A DNA stretch of 64,000 nt from a virus. The number at the start of each line of letters is the position of its first letter. The first letter of the stretch is position 1. The DNA is taken from the IMG/VR virus record IMGVR_UViG_3300009151_000034, positions 64,001 to 128,000 of that record; one strand, written 5' to 3'. The notes beneath the pieces were generated by a model. The model saw nothing but the letters and a program-made list of their open reading frames with translations. It was not told where the DNA came from and made no database searches. The translations under genes were made by a program, and so were the position numbers. Below, piece by piece: positions 55,753 through 64,000 of this stretch.

Positions 55753-56451
55753 TTAAGTCAAGTTAAGCTTGGAGGTATCTTTCATGATAATCCAATATTC
55801 GATTTCTGGATTATTCATATAAATCACCTTTAAAGAATTATCCAAAGAAATCTTAACATCATAATCAGCAGAAATCATCTTGATAGTTGCAGGATTGAAG
55901 TAAGCACAAAACTTCTTATCGGTTTGGCCAATAATAGTGCTATAAAATCCAGACTTCACACCAGTATTGCTATCTTCTTTCTTTTCTGCTTGAAGCTTGA
56001 TAGTTTCTCCATCACCAACAAATGACATATCAGTAAGATTCATAATACTGATTGCTTTTAGAGTATCCTGAATATCTTTGTATAAAAGCTTAAATTGAAC
56101 GCTATTTGAATCAGAAACTTCTAGGTTTGAAAAAGTTGGAATCTTAAATGCCTTCTTAATCAGTTCAGGATCGCAGTAGTTATAAATCAAAGAAGTTTGT
56201 TTGTTGTAAACATTCACATATCGATCACTAAATTCCAGTTCAGGGGCTCCAAGTAAAGTAATTGCCTGAATAAATTGTGATAGGCTGTAAATAGAAAAGT
56301 CTACAGGAAATACTTCCACAACTTTTGCTCTTGACGTGATATCTCGGTTTGGAGAAATTGTTGTCAATTCAGACCCAGCCTTGACCGTAATACATGAATT
56401 AATAGACGAATAATTCTTTAGAATATCCATAGTCTTAGCACTTAAAATCAT
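55753..56451 (-). CDS. 45: sliding clamp
   Basis: LSAKTMDILKNYSSIN, FSIYSLSQF; synteny. Confidence 0.88.
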   Translation of the reverse strand: MILSAKTMDILKNYSSINSCITVKAGSELTTISPNRDITSRAKVVEVFPVDFSIYSLSQFIQAITLLGAPELEFSDRYVNVYNKQTSLIYNYCDPELIKKAFKIPTFSNLEVSDSNSVQFKLLYKDIQDTLKAISIMNLTDMSFVGDGETIKLQAEKKEDSNTGVKSGFYSTIIGQTDKKFCAYFNPATIKMISADYDVKISLDNSLKVIYMNNPEIEYWIIMKDTSKLNLT

Positions 56452-56517
56452 AATATAATCTCCAAAAGAAGTTGAGGGAATCAACTCACTTTAGTATGTT
56501 GATTCCATCCTGTCAAT

Positions 56518-57363
56518 TTAAGCTTTCTTGCCTAGCTGTGTAGGATCAGCAGTAGCAGCAGCGCCGATAGATGCAAGATCAGCCAATGATCCACCAAAGA
56601 TATAGCTACCAACGTGTTGTAGACGCATCCAAGGGCAATACCAAATTTTTCCACCAATTTTTCCTAGATAATGACAAAACCAATAATCCTCAGAAAGATA
56701 ACGCTTCGATTCTGGTTCAATTTCGGCCTGGAAATACATATGAATTTCACGAGAGCCATCAAAATGGGCCGTGCGAATGTGATCTGGCTTATACGAATAC
56801 TGAGGATAAGCATCACGGAACTTTTCAAACGTGCTCTTACGAGTCATCATAAACCCGGTTCCAATTTCAGAAACTTCGATTGGCTCATCAATTCGGAAAG
56901 AACCACCACCATTCTTTGGATTGAATACGTAATCACCAACAAACTTTTCAAGAACGTTGGGGTCTTCATCTGCCATACCTTTATCTACTGCAAGCTTGAT
57001 CTTTTCCCAGCTAATGCACTTTTTAGGATAAGGACCAGCAAGAACATCATATTCTGAATCATCAGATTGGAGAGCAAGTAATGCAAGAACATCACGAGGA
57101 TCGAAACCAATATCAGAATCGATAAACATCATATGAGTGCAGTCAGAACGCATAAACTCATCAACACAGTAATTACGAGCACGAGTAATTAATGATTCGT
57201 TAAAGAGAAAGTAAGATTGCATATGAATGCCGTTTGCAGCACACATAGCAGTTAAATCGGCCACAGACTTAGTAAACATACCCGCACACATACCACCATA
57301 CATTGGGGCAGCTAAGAAAAGTTTGCGCTTACGCAGTTCGTCCATTTCAATTTTTATTTCCAT
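56518..57363 (-). CDS. GT-A-fold glycosyltransferase-like protein
   Basis: PMYGG, ESLITRARN, FIDSDI, GTGFM, LSEDYWFC. Confidence 0.75.
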   Translation of the reverse strand: MEIKIEMDELRKRKLFLAAPMYGGMCAGMFTKSVADLTAMCAANGIHMQSYFLFNESLITRARNYCVDEFMRSDCTHMMFIDSDIGFDPRDVLALLALQSDDSEYDVLAGPYPKKCISWEKIKLAVDKGMADEDPNVLEKFVGDYVFNPKNGGGSFRIDEPIEVSEIGTGFMMTRKSTFEKFRDAYPQYSYKPDHIRTAHFDGSREIHMYFQAEIEPESKRYLSEDYWFCHYLGKIGGKIWYCPWMRLQHVGSYIFGGSLADLASIGAAATADPTQLGKKA

Positions 57364-57365
57364 AT

Positions 57366-57830
57366 TTATTCACCTTTTGTTTTATAATGATCAGCGTGAA
57401 GAGTTAACATGATGTAATGCAATGCTTTCATTAAATCATCTTTGTTATTGCCGTTTTTTTTCCCATATCGCCAAAGATACTTAATTGCGGTATTACGGAA
57501 AGTTGGTGCAGCATCACCTAGAGCCATCCAAGCATCAAAACACGTAATTTTTTTATTTGTGTTATAATGTTGTCCATACGTTTTATCAACATATTCTTTT
57601 AATGCTGTGATAATTTCTGGCTCGTTGTATTTATACATCGGACCATCATGATTTTTTTCTACCGTGGCATTAATTTCGTTAAAAACATTATTTTTTACAT
57701 CGACCGTTGTATATGCTCGGTCAGTCATAGGAACAGCTATGCCACCATTCAAAATAGCAGTAGAAAAATTATCATAACCAACAGAAACACCGCCAGCCAT
57801 TAAATTATCAGTATTATAAATCTGTGCCAT
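57366..57830 (-). CDS. DUF3310-like protein
   Basis: TYGQHY, AIKYLWRYGKKNG..DLMKALHY. Confidence 0.75.
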   Translation of the reverse strand: MAQIYNTDNLMAGGVSVGYDNFSTAILNGGIAVPMTDRAYTTVDVKNNVFNEINATVEKNHDGPMYKYNEPEIITALKEYVDKTYGQHYNTNKKITCFDAWMALGDAAPTFRNTAIKYLWRYGKKNGNNKDDLMKALHYIMLTLHADHYKTKGE

Positions 57831-58213
57831 TAAAATGATTTTCCTCCTGTTTTTTCTCGATTGGCAAGTTGGTGGTCTGCTCGATCTGCGTTGTAATCAT
57901 GTTTCTCATCGATTGCACCAGCAATATCAAGACCCTGTAGAGCACCCAAATCAAGAATGCGAATAATACAATCGGCAAGTTCCACCTCAATCATTTTACG
58001 ATTTACAAGATGATCGTCCATCAAATTTTTACGAGCACCTTCAAGTGCCTCAGAAAGTTCGGAATGACAAAGAGCAATCATTGTTCCGACTTCACGAGAC
58101 TTAGAATGCCATCCCATTTTTAAGGCTTGGTTGTGTAGTTTTTCTTGAATTGAACGAAAACAATTTATTTCTGTTGTGGTGAGAGAAAATTCAGTTTTTT
58201 TTGTGTTTGTCAT
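57830..58213 (-). CDS. MazG-like NTP pyrophosphohydrolase
   Basis: HSELSEALEG, VELADCIIRILD. Confidence 0.85.
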   Translation of the reverse strand: MTNTKKTEFSLTTTEINCFRSIQEKLHNQALKMGWHSKSREVGTMIALCHSELSEALEGARKNLMDDHLVNRKMIEVELADCIIRILDLGALQGLDIAGAIDEKHDYNADRADHQLANREKTGGKSF

Positions 58214-58442
58214 TAATCATCTCCGTAATAATTTTTTTGCTATTCACTGGTCCAATTGTTGTTTCGTAAATCAATTTTGCCGACGATAGCATTGCGGAAG
58301 CCAACATTAGCAACTGAGAAGGGTTATCACACATCATGATAAGACTATCAATGTTGGATAACATCACTTCCATTTGTTTTTTTTCTAAAGCCTCATTTTC
58401 ATTCATTATATAATCCATGTTGGGGGTTGACGATATTTCCAA
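58191..58442 (-). CDS. hypothetical protein
   Basis: IMMCDNPSQLLMLASAML. Confidence 0.5.
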   Translation of the reverse strand: MEISSTPNMDYIMNENEALEKKQMEVMLSNIDSLIMMCDNPSQLLMLASAMLSSAKLIYETTIGPVNSKKIITEMINDKHKKN

Positions 58443-58942
58443 GAGTGAAGCGAAGCTTTGCCCACCTTGTAGTAGTTGCGATAGTTGAGCATAGAATCAG
58501 TTGAAATAATATATTGTTCATCCATACACGAAGGCATTGGGGTCCAATCATTATCCTTGAGATTGTCGGGTAGGTCAATCAAAAAACTTGAAACGGCACC
58601 GAAACATTTATGAACTTTACCATAACGGTATGTATACTCATCCATTAGGGCAAAGAAATGTTCTAGTAGCCAATTATAATTTTGTTTGGACTGCCGACAC
58701 CAAACAGCAGAAGGATGATTGATATGGGTGGATTGATATAAAACACTATCACGGCTGTCTTTAAGAACGAATCTTTTTACGTTCCGACCTGTATTTGACT
58801 TTTCAGTCTTTTCCTGTCCATCAAGAACACGATGGGCAGTTGATAGCAATTGGGCAGATTCTAAAATTTGTTTTATAATATGCTTATTTACTAAACATAC
58901 AGCAGCTTTATTTGGGTCGATATCAACATAAAAAATTTGCAT
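58406..58942 (-). CDS. pyrimidine-dimer DNA glycosylase-like protein
   Basis: KHIIKQILESAQLLSTAH, THINHPSAVW, EYTYRYGKVH. Confidence 0.8.
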   Translation of the reverse strand: MQIFYVDIDPNKAAVCLVNKHIIKQILESAQLLSTAHRVLDGQEKTEKSNTGRNVKRFVLKDSRDSVLYQSTHINHPSAVWCRQSKQNYNWLLEHFFALMDEYTYRYGKVHKCFGAVSSFLIDLPDNLKDNDWTPMPSCMDEQYIISTDSMLNYRNYYKVGKASLHSWKYRQPPTWII

Positions 58943-58943
58943 T

Positions 58944-59474
58944 TTATTCCTTGTTATTAAACATATTATAAAAATTACTCAATTTATTCAATTCGTCTAT
59001 AGTTGCATCTTTTTTTAATAGATTGGCTCTTGTTGAAACTATCACTATATTATCTTTTGTATATCCTTTATTATTATAAATTCTATCTATTGATGGTGAG
59101 TTGAAATGTTTTTTTCTATCACCAGTTTCTAGTTTTATTCCTAAAACCGGGCAATAATCTGGAATTATGATATCTTCGATAATCAATGTATGTTCAAGAC
59201 CGGCGGCTTTTGCTCTTTGTTTTGAGTTATTCAACATAGCATACGCTGGCTTGGTTTTCCAGTTATTTTTTCGTCTTTCTTTTTCAATTATAGCTTTTTT
59301 GGCTGAACATGATTTACAATTTGGCCTGATACCTTTAGATTCGTCATTTTTATTTATTCTTGAAAATTTACTTTGCCTTAATTCCAATTTACACATTTTG
59401 CAGATTATTTTTGGTTTTGGATCGCCGTATTTATTTTTTCCAGTTCTGGCCATTTGTGGCATAGCTTTTTTCAT
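58944..59474 (-). CDS. His-Me finger (HNH-like) endonuclease
   Basis: CKMC..CKSC, CPVLG, SPSIDRI...GYTKDNIVIVS.RAN; TATAAATA upstream. Confidence 0.75.
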   Translation of the reverse strand: MKKAMPQMARTGKNKYGDPKPKIICKMCKLELRQSKFSRINKNDESKGIRPNCKSCSAKKAIIEKERRKNNWKTKPAYAMLNNSKQRAKAAGLEHTLIIEDIIIPDYCPVLGIKLETGDRKKHFNSPSIDRIYNNKGYTKDNIVIVSTRANLLKKDATIDELNKLSNFYNMFNNKE

Positions 59475-59542
59475 TTTTTTCCCTTTGTGTAAACTCTATA
59501 ATCTATTTATAATAATAGAGAGTTTACACAAATTATTACCCT

Positions 59543-60049
59543 TCAAAAATTAAGTAGTTTCCACTTTCGGTTCTTTCTTATCCAAAGTTTATGTTGACGC
59601 AAAGCTTTTTCACGGTGGATTGGATTTGCATGACGATAATACTCATATCCATCAAGAAAGTCAAGACCTTGTTGGAAAACTCGTGCAGTAATTCCTGTAA
59701 ATGTTTCCGTTCGGATTTCGCTATTAGGTAAAGCAAAACGAACTTTTATATGCTTTGGTCTACTAATTTTAACAGACATTCCTGGCCATGTCAAGCTAGT
59801 TTCTTCAAGTGTGACCAATTCTGTGCTGGGCATGACGACACGCGGATTATAACATACAAAGTTTTGTGGATCACCTCTCATAGCAAACACTCTATATGGT
59901 ATACTTAATTGTGGAGCAGATAAACAAATTCCACCACCATCATACATTGTCTTGACAAGTTCTTGTGCAAATTCGATAGGTTCAAATGGTGGTGTGGTAA
60001 AATCAAAGTTTAAACTTTTTTCTCTTAGAAAGGTAAAATTTTGTGTCAT
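59543..60049 (-). CDS. peptide deformylase-like protein lacking metal ligands
   Basis: PDF layout but GICLSAPQ, EETSLT, QQGLDFLDG. Confidence 0.75.
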   Translation of the reverse strand: MTQNFTFLREKSLNFDFTTPPFEPIEFAQELVKTMYDGGGICLSAPQLSIPYRVFAMRGDPQNFVCYNPRVVMPSTELVTLEETSLTWPGMSVKISRPKHIKVRFALPNSEIRTETFTGITARVFQQGLDFLDGYEYYRHANPIHREKALRQHKLWIRKNRKWKLLNF

Positions 60050-61761
60050 GCTGCTGATTCCATTTTTGAAAAGTTTTTATGTTTTGTGAACCGAATAATA
60101 TTGTTGAATTTATCGTTCATCTGTTCCTTGTGAGAAATAACAAACATGCTATTATCGGATGCTAACGATTGAATGATAGCCATGAGTTGATCTGTCCCAG
60201 AAGAATCTAAAGAACTATCAAAAACTTCATCTAAGATCAATAGGTTAGTGCTGATAGAGTTACGAAGTTTTGCTATTGCTCTCCATGTAAACAATAAAGA
60301 TAAATCAATTTTTTGTTTTTCACCTTCGGAAAATGATGCATAACTAAAATCATCTCTATATCTTGACTTGATGCTTTCTTGAAATTCACTGTTCATTTCG
60401 AAGCTAACAAAGAAATCCATCATTGCCAGATACTTGTTCACCAATTTGTTGATAACAGGAATATACTGGTTGATAATTTTAGTTTTAATACCACCGTCTT
60501 TTAACATAAGAGCAGCAGCAGCTAAGACTTGACGATCTTCCTGAAACGAATTGAATTTTTCTTGAATTTGCGTCAAGTCTTTTTCAAGATCGGCAATTTT
60601 TGTTTCGGTTGTTTGTTTCACCGATTTTTTTGCGTTATCAATTTCATTTTGAATGGTAATGCAAATAGATTTGTTATGTTTAATAGATTGTTGAAACTGC
60701 ATCAGCAAAGAACTCACTTCACTGATATCGGATTCAATTTTAGTTATATTAACCATTCGATCATTAGCTTTTTTATTAGCCTCTTCCCATTTAATCATTG
60801 TGTTATCGATTTTAGCAACCTTGGCTTCTCGGTCTTTAACAATATCAGCAGCAAATGAAGGTTCAATGCCCTGGGAACAAGTTGGGCAATTTTCATGCTT
60901 TTTAAAAAACGATATTTCTTTTTTGAAAATATCTTTATTGTTCAAAGATTTAGTCCGATAGTCACGGAGCTTGTTTAAATCATTGTAGACATGGGTGCGG
61001 TCTTCTTTGATGGCTTCTAGTTCTGAAATTTTCACTTGAAGAATTTTTACTTCTTCCATACTTTCTTTAATATTTAAAACATGTTCAGCGATTGTTGTTT
61101 CTTTTTGCTTGATAAATTCTTCATTTTTGGAACGAAGTTCTTTAAGATGCTGATGGACTATTTCAATTTTGGTCTTGACAATTTTTTTGTTATTTTCTGT
61201 TTCCTGCACGTCTTTTTCGTTCTGCTGGATTTGCTCTTTAAGCAGAACATTCATCTTAGTGAAAATTTCAAGGTCTAATAAATCTTCGATGATAGCTCTG
61301 CGATTTGGTCCAGTTAGCTGCATGAACGGAACAAAGGAAGCAGACCCAAGAACCACAACTTGACAGAACGATTTAAAATTAATCTTGAGGATTTGTTTTT
61401 CGAGAATTGCTTGATAATCTTTCATTTCGGCATCTTGATTTATTAATTTTTCATTGCAATAAACCTCAAAAAGATTTGGCTTAATACCGCGAACAATTCG
61501 ATACATGTTTGAACTAGACCAAAATTCAATTTCAACCAACGCATCTTTGCGTGTGATAGAATTGACTAGCTGGCCTTTATTGATATTACGAAATGGTTTA
61601 CCAAACAAACCAAAGGTCAATGCATCAAGCATCGTTGACTTGCCTGAACCATTTTCACCAACAATAAGTGTCGTCCCGGCTTTACTCAGATCAAGTTCTG
61701 AGAAAACATTCCCGGTTGAAAGAAAGTTTTTCCATCGAATAAATTTAAATTCAATACTCAT
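60046..61761 (-). CDS. 46: recombination endonuclease ATPase subunit (Rad50/SbcC-like)
   Basis: GENGSGKST, CPTC hook, FSEGEK, LDEVFD. Confidence 0.96.
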   Translation of the reverse strand: MSIEFKFIRWKNFLSTGNVFSELDLSKAGTTLIVGENGSGKSTMLDALTFGLFGKPFRNINKGQLVNSITRKDALVEIEFWSSSNMYRIVRGIKPNLFEVYCNEKLINQDAEMKDYQAILEKQILKINFKSFCQVVVLGSASFVPFMQLTGPNRRAIIEDLLDLEIFTKMNVLLKEQIQQNEKDVQETENNKKIVKTKIEIVHQHLKELRSKNEEFIKQKETTIAEHVLNIKESMEEVKILQVKISELEAIKEDRTHVYNDLNKLRDYRTKSLNNKDIFKKEISFFKKHENCPTCSQGIEPSFAADIVKDREAKVAKIDNTMIKWEEANKKANDRMVNITKIESDISEVSSLLMQFQQSIKHNKSICITIQNEIDNAKKSVKQTTETKIADLEKDLTQIQEKFNSFQEDRQVLAAAALMLKDGGIKTKIINQYIPVINKLVNKYLAMMDFFVSFEMNSEFQESIKSRYRDDFSYASFSEGEKQKIDLSLLFTWRAIAKLRNSISTNLLILDEVFDSSLDSSGTDQLMAIIQSLASDNSMFVISHKEQMNDKFNNIIRFTKHKNFSKMESAA

Positions 61762-62838
61762 ACTTCAAGTGCCACTGCTTCATGATAAAGGTTAATTATT
61801 ACGTTTTCAAGTTTCTGCTTATTTACCGATCCTGATATGTCACTGATATGATTACGAAAAATATCGATTGTGTTTTCAACTTCTTCAGTAATATCAGATT
61901 CAGTTTCGAGGTCTAAATTCAAATGATCTTCAACAATCTGAATATCTAAAGCCCCGGCTTTTTCGACTTTTTCACAAAACATATCAAACCAGTAAGGATT
62001 ATTTTTATTACGAACCACGATTTTGCATAAAACACCATTAAAGGGACTGAAATCACAATTAAGAAGTTCTTCGGAAGTGCATGTGCTATCATCATAGAAT
62101 GCTTTCATAAACATCTTATATGGATTTTCAATGAAAGTCAATTCTCGGGTTTCTGTATCTAAAATATGGAAACCCCTAGCATCTCCATAATCCGACCAAG
62201 TAAATTGACCATGACTACCAAGATAATATACCCCATCATTATTTGACCGATGGTGATAATGACCAGAGCAAGTAAGATCAAACTTTTGACTAAAAATGTT
62301 CGAATCTTCGCCATGAGTCGAGACATTACCCCTAAACATTTGAAAGCCTCGTAGTTCGAGATGCCCAAGGCAAATTTGAGCAGTCGTATTTTTAATTTTG
62401 TCGAATGTGGCATCTTTATTTTCTTGACAAATCCATGGAACAAAAAGAAATTTAGCATCATATAATACAACTTCGGTTGCTGTATCATACACATGAAACT
62501 TTTCAGAATTCATTGTGGGACAGCAAAGTTCTTGGATGGAATTTACCGACGTTGTGTTTTTATAGTAAATATCATGATTTCCAAGAATTTGATGGTAATC
62601 AATACCACGTTCTATGATTGGCTGAATAAAATCTTCACGCAGACGTTTTGCAGTCTGAATGTTAATATATTTTCTACGATCCACCAAATCACCAAGATGA
62701 ATAATCGTATCAATTTTCATAGTGTCAATTAGAGGAAAAAAGATATTATCTAAAAACTTTTTGTTGTTATCCAAAAATGCAACATGATCATTACGAACAC
62801 CAAAAGTGTGTATCAGCTATAAGAGCTAATTTAGCCAT
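61758..62838 (-). CDS. 47: recombination endonuclease nuclease subunit (Mre11/SbcD-like); +1 indel at 62802-62805
   Basis: MAKLALIADTHF/GVRND, LGDLVD, GNHD, GHYH. Confidence 0.92.
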
Positions 62839-63089
62839 ACCGATTCTCCTTTCACCTTCATTATCTTATTTTTTTAGTATTAAAATTTTTCTTGTTTAGT
62901 TCTTGTTCACAATATTCTTTAATGGCTCGAACCCTATCTTCATAGTTATTGCGAACATTTACATTAAAATTTTTGTTGGTCATCCCCTCCACACAATCTA
63001 TCACTGCGGGAGGAATAAGATGTTTTTGTAACATATGTCTGGTCCTTTTTAATTCCTTTGCGAAAGTTTTTCATAGTTCGCATTATAGC

Positions 63090-63548
63090 CTATTTCGGGG
63101 GTTTAGTCAACTTGTCTTCGAAACTTTTAATAATCTCATTTGCAATTTCATCATTGCTTAGGTGTAGTTCTCCATGAACATCTTCAGTCAAACTAAGATG
63201 CTGCATGTTCTTATATTTGAGATAGGTTTGCTTCTTTTCTTTAGCGATACGTCTTAGCATTGCGTTCCATGCAATTCTGGTAAAATATGCAAAAGGGTTA
63301 TTCGACCTTTCTGGATTAAAGCCATGAACAGATTCAACACAATTTTCAACAGCATCCCCAACCATATCATCTCGATAGGTGTAATTAACAAAATTAGCCT
63401 TAGTTGATAGTCTTTTACAAATTTCGTTTATGCAGGCTCCAATATAATTGGGAATAGCCACAAATTCATTGCTTTCTTTAGTTTTATTTTTAAACTCAAC
63501 GAGAGCATTAAAGAAATCCACATTGTTCACATAGTGACGCTTTTTCAT
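63090..63548 (-). CDS. 55: late sigma factor
   Basis: HYVNN, NFVNYTYRDDM, NPFAYFT.IAWNA.LRRI.KEKKQ. Confidence 0.93.
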   Translation of the reverse strand: MKKRHYVNNVDFFNALVEFKNKTKESNEFVAIPNYIGACINEICKRLSTKANFVNYTYRDDMVGDAVENCVESVHGFNPERSNNPFAYFTRIAWNAMLRRIAKEKKQTYLKYKNMQHLSLTEDVHGELHLSNDEIANEIIKSFEDKLTKPPK

Positions 63549-63599
63549 ATTGACAGCCTTCTGAGTTGTTGGTATAATCGTTAGTGAAGAGATGATGAA

Positions 63600-64000
63600 T
63601 TATAATAAGTTTATGTTGTATATCTTGTATTCAAACTTTTCCTCTGCGTATATCTTGATACGTTCAACGAAATGAAGCATCGTATGGTTTTTCATAGATT
63701 TCCAGGAAAGATCATCAGCTATATCATAGAGAGTTGCATTAGTTTTGGTTTCAGACCTTCGAAGCCCACGGCCAATTGATTGTAAATTTCTAACCCGTGA
63801 TTTTGAAGGACTAGCGAATATAATGTTATGCAAATTACGAATGTTAATACCTGTGGAGCTAGTTCCGTAAGAAGCAACCACAATAGCATTTTTTTCTGTC
63901 TCAATAGCCTTACGTATTTCTTCACGTTTCTCACCCTTTACTTCACCAGAGATATAAAAAACTTTTCTATCTTTAACTTCTGCTGATATCATGTCATATA
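63600..64000 (-). CDS. uvsW: UvsW helicase, C-terminal part
   Basis: ASYGTSSTGINI.NLHNIIFASPSKS, QSIGRGLR. Confidence 0.93.
   Translation of the reverse strand, partial: YDMISAEVKDRKVFYISGEVKGEKREEIRKAIETEKNAIVVASYGTSSTGINIRNLHNIIFASPSKSRVRNLQSIGRGLRRSETKTNATLYDIADDLSWKSMKNHTMLHFVERIKIYAEEKFEYKIYNINLL

Noticed and set aside
1-64000. Stop-codon reassignment
   Set aside because: Core genes are full length in the standard code, TAA, TGA and TAG all end genes, and no suppressor tRNA was found.

Overview
64 kb segment of a large, AT-rich T4-like (Tevenvirinae-related) phage genome, almost all genes on the minus strand. The host is probably an alphaproteobacterium (inferred from an Omp25-like barrel, DUF1127, a ROSE-type hsp20 leader and class II RNR). 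It holds the replication/recombination core (uvsW, 55, 47, 46, 45, 44, 62, regA, split 43, uvsX, split 41, 61), nrdJ and thyX, lysis genes, RNA-repair enzymes, 10 tRNAs and large accessory regions. Main observations: (1) two arrays of short, translationally chained mini-genes built from shuffled 12-bp Q-V-x-x repeats and joined by a conserved junction, one lying behind a DUF6745-like gene pair; (2) gp41 helicase broken by an atypically split intein with a 13-aa N-fragment and an antisense HNH gene between the halves; (3) a set of late proteins with a T4 internal-protein-like capsid-targeting N-terminus, plus a HEAT/HicA polyprotein; (4) a split DNA polymerase whose second half needs a +1 shift at a prfB-like site (or has a sequencing indel); (5) an array of one-gene/one-promoter early cassettes; (6) about five unassigned structured non-coding RNAs; (7) a late substrate-binding protein plus DAACS symporter operon. 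All family calls come from motif recognition by eye; no searches were run.
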